A stretch of DNA of 63,992 nt, counting the filler, from an uncultured bacterium (GTDB lineage Bacteria; Hinthialibacterota; Hinthialibacteria; Hinthialibacterales; Hinthialibacteraceae), in assembly GCA_964449065.1 (NCBI GenBank). It is 10 parts of 10 records of this genome, joined end to end, with 100 filler letters (N's around TTAATTAATTAA, not from the genome) between each part and the next. Parts side by side here need not be neighbours in the genome. Positions count along the whole stretch, not along the records: positions 1 to 6,690 come from CAYVAZ010000293.1; positions 6,791 to 13,464 come from CAYVAZ010000294.1; 8 more parts are not named here. One strand, 5' to 3'. Shown piece after piece: positions 1 through 11,106 of this stretch. Position 1 is the first letter of the stretch; each line of letters begins with the position of its first letter. The position numbers and the translations under genes are program-made. The notes below the pieces were generated by a model. It worked only from the letters and a program-made list of their open reading frames with translations, had not been told where the DNA came from and did not search any database.

Positions 1-258
1 GTCATAATATCCCTCATGCATGAGCAAGGTGCCCCGCATATAGTGTTCATACGCTGTATCCCGGTCAATCCTAGGTGTAGGGGTTGCTGTCGGAGTCGGT
101 GTGGGCGGAACCGGAGTCGGTGTGCGGGTTGGCGTTGGTGTGGCCTTAACCTCGGGTAAAGGTTCAATCTCTTCGGTTTGATGTTCAGGCGTATTTTGGC
201 ATCCGCTCGAACAAAACATCCCGATCACCATCAACAATGTAAAACATGATTTCATCAT
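1..258 (-). CDS. Lipoprotein with Pro/Thr linker and probable TPR start (partial, runs off window; not in ORF track)
   Basis: Manual translation MMKSCFTLLMVIGMFCSSGCQNTPE...TPTPTRTPTPVPPTPTPTATPTP...AYEHYMRGTLLMHEGYYD; lipobox-like SSGC. Confidence 0.7.
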   Translation of the reverse strand, partial: MMKSCFTLLMVIGMFCSSGCQNTPEHQTEEIEPLPEVKATPTPTRTPTPVPPTPTPTATPTPRIDRDTAYEHYMRGTLLMHEGYYD

Positions 259-380
259 GTAGATTCGGTCCAGACCCTGAAAAGTTTACACGAAATGAAT
301 TATACGGCGTGAATACAAATTCTGTAACGGATTTTGCCGGGAATCGCACTGGACACGCTTGGTTCTGAACAACGGAGGGA

Positions 381-728
381 TCATCCCGGAGGCCACCGCA
401 TCACCCGGCCGCCCAACAGATGCATGTGGATGTGATACACCGTTTGCCCGCCGTTATCTCCGGAATTGATAACCAGACGGTACCCCTCATCGATCAATCC
501 TTGTTCCTTCGCCAATTGCTTGGATACGGCAAACATCTTGGGCAAGAGGTGGCCCGTTTCCTCAGACACATCACCGATTTTAGGGATATGCTCTTTGGGG
601 ATGATCAATATATGAACCGGCGCCGCCGGGTTAATATCGTGAAACGCGAGCACGTCATCGTCTTCATACGCAATATTGCTTGGTATTTCTTTTTGGATAA
701 TTTTACAAAAAATGCAATTTTCAGACAT
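381..728 (-). CDS. hinT: Histidine triad (HIT) nucleotide-binding protein
   Basis: CIFCKI, GQTVYHIHMHLLGGR, C-terminal WPPG. Confidence 0.95.
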   Translation of the reverse strand: MSENCIFCKIIQKEIPSNIAYEDDDVLAFHDINPAAPVHILIIPKEHIPKIGDVSEETGHLLPKMFAVSKQLAKEQGLIDEGYRLVINSGDNGGQTVYHIHMHLLGGRVMRWPPG

Positions 729-829
729 CTCGGCCTCGTTTCTTCTGCTTTACAGGATATACAAATTCATGTTGCATACTGCATACAAAATGTCTAGGGT
801 TCAACCTTCAGCGAAACAAGAATAATCTC

Positions 830-1654
830 ATGCATTTACACTTTATCCCGTTTGAAATCTACCTAATCTGGTTCGGCATCGTTGGCGCCGCTGCCGGGAG
901 CTTTTTCCATGTCTGCATTTGGCGTATTCCAAAGGGCACTTCTGTCGTCACTCCCGCCTCTCATTGTCCTCACTGCCAAACCCACTTGCGCTGGTTTGAT
1001 AATTTGCCCTTAATCAGCTACATCGTTTCTCTGGCCAAATGCCGCTATTGCGGAGCGCGTATCCCTATCCGTTACTTTCTGTATGAATTGACCACGGCTG
1101 CGGGTTTTATGGGGATCTTTTTCATCTATGGGCTTACCTATACAACGTTTGTCTATATCGCGGTAACCTCCGTCTTGATCATCGGTTCCGGAATAGACCT
1201 GGATTACGAATTTATCCCGGATTTTCTTTCTCTTCCCATGATTTTTCTTTCCCTGATCGCTGCCGGATTATTACAATTCACGTCACAGCCGGAGCACGCG
1301 CTCGTCACCAATGTGAGCGATGCCGCCTTGGGTATCCTGACCGGGGGGGGGCTTGTTTGGATTGTACGGATTGTGGGGGGGATCATTTTTCAACAGGAAG
1401 CAATGGGGTTTGGAGACGTGAAACATCTGGCTGGAATCGGGGGCTTCTTAGGCTGGGAATATGTTCTGTTGTGCTTCTTCTTGGCTTCTCTTTATGCTTC
1501 GATTGTCGGATTAACGTTGAAATTCACCGGCAAAGTTGGGAAATACGGTCATCTACCGTTTATTCCCTATTTGTCTTTGGGGGCTTATTCAACCTTTTTA
1601 TTCGGCAAGCCCTTGCTGGACTGGTATTTGGCGCCGTTTTACGTTGGGTATTGA
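830..1654 (+). CDS. pilD: Type IV prepilin peptidase/N-methyltransferase (A24)
   Basis: GSFFHVCIWRIP, two CxxC (CPHC, CRYC), IDL..IPD, MGFGDVK, PFIPYL; multiple TM segments. Confidence 0.93.
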   Translation: MHLHFIPFEIYLIWFGIVGAAAGSFFHVCIWRIPKGTSVVTPASHCPHCQTHLRWFDNLPLISYIVSLAKCRYCGARIPIRYFLYELTTAAGFMGIFFIYGLTYTTFVYIAVTSVLIIGSGIDLDYEFIPDFLSLPMIFLSLIAAGLLQFTSQPEHALVTNVSDAALGILTGGGLVWIVRIVGGIIFQQEAMGFGDVKHLAGIGGFLGWEYVLLCFFLASLYASIVGLTLKFTGKVGKYGHLPFIPYLSLGAYSTFLFGKPLLDWYLAPFYVGY

Positions 1655-1984
1655 TGACCGGAATTGTTTCTGGAAATGATAACGCTCCAATTCAGACAAA
1701 AATTTCTTAAATTATCTTATTGAATATTTTGAAATTATGTGCTTATATATTACAATAAAGATTGTATATCTGTGTGGTTAGGGTGAATTCTGTTGAGTTT
1801 CGGCTAGAATTGAAAGAACCGTAACGTTTCAAGCCGGAAACGTTATGAAACTCTTCTCATTCAATTCTATGACCATTTTGATGTATGGTTTGAGTTGATA
1901 GTGAAAAAAAACTTGAAGGAAATGTGTGTGGAAACATTCAATCAACTTCATCAATCATTGATTGAATCTGGGGGGCTATTATAA

Positions 1985-2788
1985 ATGGAACAAGGTGTTA
2001 CAGCATCAAATCTTGCTTCAAATCTTTCTCATTCAGAAAAGACAGAAGACCAATCGTATGTTCATCCTTCCTGTGTTATTGACTCTACTGTTTCAATCGG
2101 ACGCAATGTAAAGATTCACCCTAAAGTTGTTATTGATCGCAGCGTAAAAATTGGAGATGGTGTGGAAATATTTTCCGGGTGCTATATTGCCGAAGATTGT
2201 TCGGTTGGCGATCAGACGGTTTTGCGCTCTATGGTAACACTTCGGGAGAAAACCCGTGTCGGAAAAAATGTAATAATCGAATCGGGTGTCGTCATCGGAA
2301 GCGACGGTTTTGGGTATGCCAAAGAACGCAACGGCATCAACTGCAAAGTCCCTCAAGTCGGTTATGTTGTAATCGGTGATGATGTCCGCATTGGCGCAAA
2401 CACAACGATCGACCGCGCCACCTTAGGCGAAACCCGCATCGCCAAAGGCAGCCGCGTCGGCAGTCTGGCGCAAATCGGCCACAACGTCATCATTGGTGAA
2501 AATTCCGTAGTTGGTGACAGCGTGGGGTTATGCGGCAGTTGCAAAATCGGCAGTAAAACCACCATCGGTCACGGGGTCGGCATGGTCGGCCATATTAAAA
2601 TCGGCAATAATGCCAGAGTCAGCGACGGCGCCGGGGTCAGCAAAGACATTCAAGACGGCGACCACATCATCGGCGTGCCGGGGCTGCCGGAAAGTGATTA
2701 CATTGCGTTCCAAAAAAGCATCGAAATGCTGCCGGAACTGGCCAAGCGCATCCAACTGCTGGAAAAACAAATCGGGCGGCACGATTAA
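1985..2788 (+). CDS. LpxD-like hexapeptide-repeat acyltransferase lacking the N-terminal uridine-binding domain
   Basis: IGSDGFGY, KVPQVGYV, IGANTTIDRATLGET, QIGHNV, C-terminal helix LPELAKRIQLLEK. Confidence 0.8.
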   Translation: MEQGVTASNLASNLSHSEKTEDQSYVHPSCVIDSTVSIGRNVKIHPKVVIDRSVKIGDGVEIFSGCYIAEDCSVGDQTVLRSMVTLREKTRVGKNVIIESGVVIGSDGFGYAKERNGINCKVPQVGYVVIGDDVRIGANTTIDRATLGETRIAKGSRVGSLAQIGHNVIIGENSVVGDSVGLCGSCKIGSKTTIGHGVGMVGHIKIGNNARVSDGAGVSKDIQDGDHIIGVPGLPESDYIAFQKSIEMLPELAKRIQLLEKQIGRHD

Positions 2789-2796
2789 CTCGCCTT

Positions 2797-3789
2797 CTAA
2801 CCCGGCTTACGGCCGTAACAAACAAAACTCTTCACCGGAATTTTGTTTTTGCCAATTTTGTTCTTTCCGTCCTTATTCTTCGAATCCGGCAACGGAAACC
2901 CTTCAATCCACCGGAACGCTTCGAACCCCGCTGCAATAAACCATTCTTCCAGTTCTTCTTTCGAAAATCCCAGCCAGACATGCGCCAATTCATCCCGCAT
3001 CCATTCTTCCTGATGGCTTTGAAAATCAATAATGGTCACCGTCCCGCCCGGTTTGATCACCCGAAACATCTCCCGAAGCGCCAGGGACGGGTCCGGCGAA
3101 TGATGCAGCACCAATCCCGCGACCGCTGCATCCACTTCTTCATCCTGCAAGGGCAAATCTTCCATCTTGCCGGTACGAAACTCAATATTTCCGATCCCTT
3201 CCGTCTCGGCTTTGAACTTGGCCTGTTCCATCATCTCCACCGATGGATCAATCCCAATCACATGCTTCACAATCTTCGCCAAATGCAAGAGGAGTTGCCC
3301 GGTTCCTGTCCCGATGTCTGCTACGGTCAGCGTATTGGGGATTAAAGACTCCATCGCTTGCAGCGTGACATACTCGCCGCATAACGTGCTGCGGATGTGA
3401 TCCCACCGCTGGGCGTGCTCACCATAAAAATCCAAGCTGCGTTCGATCTTTTTTTGCAGCACCGTTTGCAGCTTCTTTTGATCCTGCGTATGCTGTTCAT
3501 CCTCCGCGTCCCACATCATCACCAGGTTCCATGCTTGCAGCACTTCCGGCTTCATCGACCGCTGCGAAGGCTTGCGATAATACACAGATGTCCCATCGCG
3601 CCGTGAAGTCAAAAACCCCGCGCCGCGAAGATTGGTCAAATGCCTGGAAACCCGCGATTGCGTCACATCCAGAATCTCAACAATCTCATTCACGCTTAAC
3701 TCATGCTCGGAAAGAGTCCGCAATATACGCAGCCGCGTCTCATCCGAAAGCGTCTTAAATATATCCGATGCATTAATATCTGGGCTCAA
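2797..3789 (-). CDS. sahR: ArsR HTH + SAM-methyltransferase fusion regulator (SahR type)
   Basis: FKTLSDETRLRIL...QSRVSRHL (ArsR) plus VADIGTGTG, VLHH, HVWLGFS; divergent from metK-ahcY. Start placed at TTG 3789 after AGGTGA SD; the ORF track uses 3822. Confidence 0.82.
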   Translation of the reverse strand: MSPDINASDIFKTLSDETRLRILRTLSEHELSVNEIVEILDVTQSRVSRHLTNLRGAGFLTSRRDGTSVYYRKPSQRSMKPEVLQAWNLVMMWDAEDEQHTQDQKKLQTVLQKKIERSLDFYGEHAQRWDHIRSTLCGEYVTLQAMESLIPNTLTVADIGTGTGQLLLHLAKIVKHVIGIDPSVEMMEQAKFKAETEGIGNIEFRTGKMEDLPLQDEEVDAAVAGLVLHHSPDPSLALREMFRVIKPGGTVTIIDFQSHQEEWMRDELAHVWLGFSKEELEEWFIAAGFEAFRWIEGFPLPDSKNKDGKNKIGKNKIPVKSFVCYGRKPG

Positions 3790-3976
3790 TTGTTTCACCT
3801 TTTTCGATTTCTTCCTCACCATGCATCAATGCTTGGTAAAACTGAGACCTTTTCTCACTCGCTTCCCGCAAACGGCGAACCGCATCCCGAACCAACTCCG
3901 TCTCATTCATGTAGTATCCATGCTGAACCTGAGCCTTGATAAACCTTTCATCTACTTCGGAAAAATTTACATGCAT
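3773..3976 (-). CDS. ParD-like (RHH) antitoxin, orphan and possibly truncated
   Basis: MHVNFSEVDERFIKAQVQHGYYMNETELVRDAVRRL matches the RHH ParD pattern (V..G.Y.N.SE.VRDA.R). Confidence 0.72.
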   Translation of the reverse strand: MHVNFSEVDERFIKAQVQHGYYMNETELVRDAVRRLREASEKRSQFYQALMHGEEEIEKGETIEPRY

Positions 3977-4121
3977 CTTAAAACTCCTGTCTATACAAAA
4001 ACAATCCTTAAATCATACATAATCATGACATAGATAGGATAAATCCCCTATAAAAGTCACAAAGATTCAAAGAATTAAATAAAATAACACGCATTTTTAT
4101 TCGTTATTCTCCATTCTCTTC

Positions 4122-4150
4122 TTGCATATATCCGCATAAACGAATATAAT
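4122..4150 (+). promoter_or_regulatory. sigma70 promoter of metK-ahcY with overlapping 20-bp palindromic operator
   Basis: TTGCAT(4122-27)-N17-TATAAT(4145-50); imperfect palindrome ATATCCG-CATAAA-CGAATAT at 4128-4147. Confidence 0.72.
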
Positions 4151-4218
4151 CATATCATCTTTTCAATTATTTCAAAATAGGACTTAACAAACAAATAGAA
4201 AAAGAAAGTGAGAGAAGC

Positions 4219-5361
4219 ATGGTGCAAGAACGTATTGTTACATCCGAATCCGTAACGGAGGGCCATCCCGATAAAATCGCGGATCAAATTTCTGATGGAG
4301 TGGTGGATGCCCTTTTTGAACAAGATCCCCATTCCCGTATCGCCTGTGAAACAATGATCACCACCGGGTTGATCGTTTTGGCAGGAGAAATCACCACAAA
4401 CGCAAAAGTCGAGTACAACCAGTTGGCACGGGACGTAGTCAATGATATTGGATACAACAATGCCGATTACGGTTTTGATTGCAATACCTGCGGCGTGTTG
4501 ATCAGTTTGGATCGCCAATCTCCCGATATTGCGATGGGGGTAGACCAAACCGACGACCACGAACAGGGCGCCGGTGACCAAGGGATGATGTACGGCTACG
4601 CATCCAATGAAACGCCTGAACTCATGCCCGCTCCCATCCTGTACGCGCACAAATTGACCAAACAGCTTTCCGAAGTCCGCAAGAACGGCACCTTGCCCTG
4701 GGTTCGTCCCGACGGAAAGTCCCAGGTCAGCATTGTGTATGAAGGCAACGAGATTAAGCGCGTTGATGCCGTGGTTATTTCAACCCAACACGCTGCCGAT
4801 ATTTCCCAAAAAGACATTCACGAAGCCATTATCGAAGAAGTCATCAAAAAGATCATCCCCGAAAACTTGATGCACAAAGACACCAAGTTCCATGTGAACC
4901 CCACCGGCAAATTCGTGGTCGGCGGCCCGATGGGCGACTGCGGGTTGACCGGCCGTAAGATCATCGTCGATACCTACGGCGGTGTCGGCCGTCACGGCGG
5001 CGGCGCGTTCTCTGGAAAAGATCCATCCAAAGTAGACCGCAGTGCCGCTTATGCCGCGCGCCATACCGCGAAGAATATCGTCGCTGCCGGCTTGGCGGAA
5101 AAATGCGAAGTTGCTCTTGCTTATGCCATCGGCGTTGCCCAACCGGTATCCGTAAACGTCGAAACCTTCGGCACCGGAAAGATGGATGACGACAAATTAT
5201 CCAATATGGTAAAAGAGCGCGTCGATCTGCGCCCGGCAGCCATTATCGACAAATTAAATCTCCGCCAGCCTATCTACCGCAACTCGGCGGCCTATGGACA
5301 CTTCGGCCGTCCTGAGTTCCCATGGGAAGAAACCAATCTGGTGGATACATTGAAAGCGTAA
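4219..5361 (+). CDS. metK: S-adenosylmethionine synthetase
   Basis: [39 protein letters not shown]. Confidence 0.98.
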   Translation: MVQERIVTSESVTEGHPDKIADQISDGVVDALFEQDPHSRIACETMITTGLIVLAGEITTNAKVEYNQLARDVVNDIGYNNADYGFDCNTCGVLISLDRQSPDIAMGVDQTDDHEQGAGDQGMMYGYASNETPELMPAPILYAHKLTKQLSEVRKNGTLPWVRPDGKSQVSIVYEGNEIKRVDAVVISTQHAADISQKDIHEAIIEEVIKKIIPENLMHKDTKFHVNPTGKFVVGGPMGDCGLTGRKIIVDTYGGVGRHGGGAFSGKDPSKVDRSAAYAARHTAKNIVAAGLAEKCEVALAYAIGVAQPVSVNVETFGTGKMDDDKLSNMVKERVDLRPAAIIDKLNLRQPIYRNSAAYGHFGRPEFPWEETNLVDTLKA

Positions 5362-5405
5362 TCCAATGAACACGTATCAATAAACAAATTTAAAGGAGAA
5401 ACACA

Positions 5406-6690
5406 ATGGTAGGTACATTAGAACAACCCGTAACAACGAAAATTGAATTGCCCGATTATTCCGGCTTACCCTACAAAGTCGCGGACATCTCGCAAGCCGA
5501 TTTCGGCCGCAAGGAAATCAACATTGCCGAAGACGAAATGCCCGGCCTTGTTGCCGTACGCGAAAAGTATAGCGACAAGCCCCTGGATGGCGTTCGCATC
5601 ACCGGTTCACTCCACATGACCATCCAAACCGCTGTGTTGATTGAATCACTTAAAGCCTTGGGCGCCGATGTCCGCTGGGCATCCTGCAACATCTTTTCAA
5701 CCCAAGACCATGCCGCCGCGGCCATCGCCGAAACCGGCACCCCGGTATACGCGTGGAAAGGCGAAACCTTGGAAGAGTATTGGGAATGCACCTTGCAAGC
5801 CCTTAGCTTCTCAAATGGCAATGGCCCGCAATTAATCGTGGACGACGGCGGCGACGCCACCCTGTTAATTCACCGTGGATATGAAGCCGAAAACGATCCG
5901 TCCATCTTGGATGAACCGACCGATGTGCATGAACTGCAAGTCATCAACGCCATCCTCAAGCGTGAACTGGAAAAAGACAACCAAAAGTGGCACAAAATCG
6001 CCAAAGAAATCAAAGGCGTTTCCGAAGAAACCACCACCGGCGTGCACCGCTTGTATGAAATGCAGCGCGACGGCAAGTTGCTCTTCCCGGCCATTAACGT
6101 GAACGACTCCGTCACCAAATCCAAGTTCGACAACCTTTACGGCTGCCGTGAATCCCTCGCGGACGGCATCAAGCGTGCTACTGATGTGATGGTTGCCGGT
6201 AAAGTCGCTCTGATCTGCGGATACGGCGATGTTGGTAAAGGCTCCGCTCAGTCTTTGCGTCAGTTCGGCGCCCGCGTCTTGGTTACCGAAGTTGACCCGA
6301 TTTGCGCCTTGCAGGCCTGCATGGAAGGCTTTGAAGTCACCACGGTTGAAGACGCCCTCGCCGAAGCGGACATCTTTGTCACCACCACCGGAAACAAAGA
6401 CATCATCCGCATTGAGCACATGGAAAAAATGAAAGACCAAGCCATCGTTTGCAATATCGGCCACTTTGATAACGAAATTCAAGTGGACAAACTCAACAAG
6501 TTTCCGGGCATTGAAAAGATCAACATCAAGCCGCAAGTTGACCAATACACCTTCCCGGATGGACACTCCATCTACTTGTTGGCAGAAGGCCGTTTGGTGA
6601 ACTTGGGTTGTGCAACCGGACACCCATCCTTTGTGATGTCGAACTCCTTCACCAACCAGGTGATGGCACAACTCGACTTGTGGCAAAACG
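5406..6690 (+). CDS. ahcY: S-adenosylhomocysteine hydrolase (3' truncated at contig end)
   Basis: [56 protein letters not shown]. Confidence 0.98.
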
Positions 6691-6790
6691 NNNNNNNNNN
6701 NNNNNNNNNNNNNNNNNNNNNNNNNNNNNNNNNNTTAATTAATTAANNNNNNNNNNNNNNNNNNNNNNNNNNNNNNNNNNNNNNNNNNNN
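6691..6790. other. Artificial contig linker (N44-TTAATTAATTAA-N44); same at 13465-13564, 20239-20338, 26989-27088, 33736-33835, 40387-40486, 47033-47132, 53667-53766, 60278-60377
   Basis: Identical six-frame stop linker; contig lengths decrease from 6674 to 6511. Confidence 0.98.
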
Positions 6791-7047
6791 TTTTCGGTCT
6801 ATCCCTCAAGGCTTTTTTGAGGGTTCGGTGCTCGTCACTTGTCACGAATCACTGTTTTTAGGATAATGGCTGCATATTAAATACTTAACATCTTCTTTTC
6901 GCTAAGCTTACTCCGCGCTTATCAGGCATTATTGATTTGAAGTGGTATTGTTTGAATGAAAATCAAATTCCATGTATTTTTTAAGACCGGCATAGGGCTA
7001 TGAATCCAAATGAATTGTTTTTACTATACTTCTTAAAATGATGTCTA

Positions 7048-7806
7048 TTGTGTGTATGGATTTTACCATTGAATGATCTAGGACAAGCAAGAAAACAACC
7101 GCGGTACGCGGTAATACGGGATACGCTTCGGCGTGAAATTCTCACCGGATTGTATCCGGCGTTTTCGGCTTTGCCCTCTGAAAAAGAATTGGCGGAGCAG
7201 TTTGAGGTATCTGTGCTTACCATTCGGCAGGCGGTTTCTGACTTGGAGGGTGAGGGCTTGGTGGAAAAATCGCAAGGCAAAAAAACCACCGTATGCCCTC
7301 CGAAACAAGTCGAGCCGATTTTTGTGCTGCCGAGCGGCAATACCGATTATGCCGCTTCCAAAGAAAATGTAGAGTATGAACTGATTCGTTGTGATCTGGT
7401 AAACCCTCCTAACGATGTGCGCGAAAAGTTGGAGCTCTCTTGGACGGAAGAAAATGTCATCTGTATCAGCCGTATCCGCTCCATCAATCAAAGCCGGGTG
7501 AGTGCCTATGACGCGTATTTTAATCCGGACATCGGCAAGCCGCTTATGAATGAACGGTTTGAGAACCGTTCACTTATTCTAACGATACGCGAAAAGTACA
7601 ATCTTCTACCCTCAAAGATTACTCATCAAGTAGAAGTGATCAGCGCAACCAAAACTATCGCTGAGTATTTGGGGATTCGGGAAAAGAAAAATGTCATGTT
7701 GATTGAATCCACTGAGTACGATCAAGAAGGCAAACCGTACATGCATCTTATAGAATACTACCCTGCCGACCGCTACAAATTTCTATTCACCATCACGAAC
7801 TTGTAA
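7048..7806 (+). CDS. GntR (HutC/UTRA) family transcriptional regulator; start uncertain
   Basis: LPSEKELAEQFEVSVLTIRQAVSDLEGEGLV..QGK; UTRA-like C-terminus YPADRYKF. Confidence 0.88.
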   Translation: MCVWILPLNDLGQARKQPRYAVIRDTLRREILTGLYPAFSALPSEKELAEQFEVSVLTIRQAVSDLEGEGLVEKSQGKKTTVCPPKQVEPIFVLPSGNTDYAASKENVEYELIRCDLVNPPNDVREKLELSWTEENVICISRIRSINQSRVSAYDAYFNPDIGKPLMNERFENRSLILTIREKYNLLPSKITHQVEVISATKTIAEYLGIREKKNVMLIESTEYDQEGKPYMHLIEYYPADRYKFLFTITNL

Positions 7807-7807
7807 C

Positions 7808-7835
7808 AAAGGGGTGGAACGAGTCCACCCCTTTT
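7808..7835. terminator. Bidirectional intrinsic terminator between gntR and thiC
   Basis: AAAGGGGTGGA-ACGAG-TCCACCCCTTT(T). Confidence 0.8.
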
Positions 7836-7855
7836 CGATAATGTTTCCGTTCAGT

Positions 7856-9445
<1,590 letters not shown>

Positions 9446-9500
9446 TATTTTTATTATCTTGATTGAAAGATACATTGTCAAGTAAGATTGGAATAACATA

Positions 9501-9550
9501 ATACCAACCGAAAAATGTAATGTCCGTTTTCGGTACGCATGTTGGGCTAC
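9501..9550. repeat. Dispersed repeat with ATACCA terminus; inverted copy at 27089-27138, partial copy at 43947-43977
   Basis: Reverse complement GTAGCCCAACATGCGTACCGAAAACGGACATTACATTTTTCGGTTGGTAT vs GTAGCCCACCAGTCATACCGAAAGCGGACATTCCATATTTCTTTTGGTAT. Confidence 0.8.
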
Positions 9551-9608
9551 CGGACAAAAGCAGTTTGATTTGATTCAGGCTTTCTCTCAACTTTAATTTT
9601 GGTCACAA

Positions 9609-9700
9609 CCCCCTCTGTGTCTCCCCGAACTTGGGGGGGAAGATATTGCTTAATTTTTGACATTGCGCCCAACCCCTCTTAACCAGGGGAAACAACGACA
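9609..9700. repeat. Degenerate C-run/G-run REP-like hairpins
   Basis: CCCCTCTTAACCAGGGGAAACAACGACA resembles 26954-26980 and the reverse complement of about 14417-14445. Confidence 0.6.
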
Positions 9701-9723
9701 AAACCCTATTTGCGAACATATAC

Positions 9724-10260
9724 CTACTTCGCTTGGGCTTGCTTTGATAGGTATTGATCGTAATAAATCTTGCGGATTTTGAGAAACAACTCTTTGTTGC
9801 CGCTGTAGTCCGGATAGGTCCACGGCAGATCGTGAAAGTTCCCTTTTTGGTAGATCATATTCAGGTCTAAATACACGCCGCGGCCGATGTACACCCGCTG
9901 GCAATATTTTTTGGCGGTGGATAACACCAGTTGAGACGGCCCGATATATCCCGGATCAATGTTGATTTTGCGGTTGCCGTTTTCGGAATTTTCTTCTTCC
10001 CACAAGGTGGCGAGTTGTTTGAGATGAATGATTTCATCCGGGCGGATTAGCGTTTCCAGTGAGAGATAGCGGCGTTTGAGCCCTTCGCCCATCTCTTCGT
10101 TGTAATAATCCGAATGGGAAAAGGGGATTTCATCGCCGGTAAAATCGATGGCGCCGAATTGCGATTCAATGCGTTTGCGCACCGCCTCATACACCGAATC
10201 ATCAATGTATAACAATCCAAAAAACGCTTTCACCGGATCAGGGCTTTTCAATTGTGCCAA
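9724..10260 (-). CDS. DUF4416 family protein
   Basis: FG.ID, F.HSDYYNEEMG, RKINIDPGYI, LVLSTAK, RVYIGRGVY, LPWTYPDY. Confidence 0.85.
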   Translation of the reverse strand: MAQLKSPDPVKAFFGLLYIDDSVYEAVRKRIESQFGAIDFTGDEIPFSHSDYYNEEMGEGLKRRYLSLETLIRPDEIIHLKQLATLWEEENSENGNRKINIDPGYIGPSQLVLSTAKKYCQRVYIGRGVYLDLNMIYQKGNFHDLPWTYPDYSGNKELFLKIRKIYYDQYLSKQAQAK

Positions 10261-10275
10261 GTTGGTTCTCCTGCT

Positions 10276-10674
10276 TTATGGTAATTCTATGTTGTTCGCT
10301 TCTAAAAATTCTTTCATTCGGGTAACGAATTTCTTTGCTTGTTCAAATAATGTTTGCGCACTCTCAAACGGTATGTCATGGTCCGCAATGTAATCCGCAA
10401 CCACCCGATTTCTGTATGCAATATGCAAGATGTTTGCCCATTTCTTTTCAATGTCTCCGTTTTGAACAAGATACAAACCAAATGCTTGCCGTAAATGGTT
10501 ATGGCTTTTTGGTACGACATTATGAATCAACAAAGCAGCACGGGCAGCATGCAATATAGCATAATAAGAACGCGAAACCGAATCAAAATGACTGTCATGC
10601 TTAAGAAGGATTTCCGAAGAAGAAAGAGCTTGTTGCGACCTGCGCCAATGATGCATGATCTCATCTTGTATCAT
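10276..10674 (-). CDS. HEPN domain protein (MNT-HEPN TA partner)
   Basis: SRSYYAILHAARAAL, KSH, R-x4-Y (RVVADY); overlaps the MNT stop. Confidence 0.88.
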   Translation of the reverse strand: MIQDEIMHHWRRSQQALSSSEILLKHDSHFDSVSRSYYAILHAARAALLIHNVVPKSHNHLRQAFGLYLVQNGDIEKKWANILHIAYRNRVVADYIADHDIPFESAQTLFEQAKKFVTRMKEFLEANNIELP

Positions 10675-11030
10675 GAGACCTTTATCCCTTCCTCCAACAC
10701 ATTGGCATAAAAAGAAGATTGCCGTTCGGCCATCTCATCTTTTTCATGCTCATTGAAGATCATGATTGTTGGGATGGTATTGGTCCCGATAGCCAATTCG
10801 CTACCTACTTCTTCCAGTTCCCATTTCAGGCGCCAGTCACCTTCGCGGATGACCATGAAGACATCGAAGTCTGAGTATTGCCGGTCGTCTCCCCGGGCTT
10901 TTGAGCCGAAGACAATCATTTCCCGCACTAAGCCGGGGTACTTTTCCGCCAAGGCGTTTTGATAGGCATCCAGCCAGCGTTGATCTTCTGCGTTGAATGG
11001 TTTCATGGTTTTCACTTTAATTATCAACAA
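10671..11030 (-). CDS. Minimal nucleotidyltransferase (MNT)
   Basis: FGSKARGD...SDFDV (GS-x10-DxD). Confidence 0.88.
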   Translation of the reverse strand: MLIIKVKTMKPFNAEDQRWLDAYQNALAEKYPGLVREMIVFGSKARGDDRQYSDFDVFMVIREGDWRLKWELEEVGSELAIGTNTIPTIMIFNEHEKDEMAERQSSFYANVLEEGIKVS

Positions 11031-11106
11031 TTTATATGGGTATATTATAGGAAGGAAAAACCGAAATAGTAGCGGGTTAAATTGGAGGCTGATTGTGTGG
11101 CCGCAA

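Noticed and set aside
1822..1845. Inverted repeat TAACGTTTC-N6-GAAACGTTA
   Set aside because: Real but single, with no assignable regulator or U-tail
4000..4218. SAM or SAH riboswitch before metK
   Set aside because: AT-rich with no aptamer consensus; the leader after the promoter is only about 60 nt
5865..6686. Long antisense ORFs (also 25276-26145, 17944-18630, 31298-31918)
   Set aside because: Shadows of conserved genes caused by codon bias
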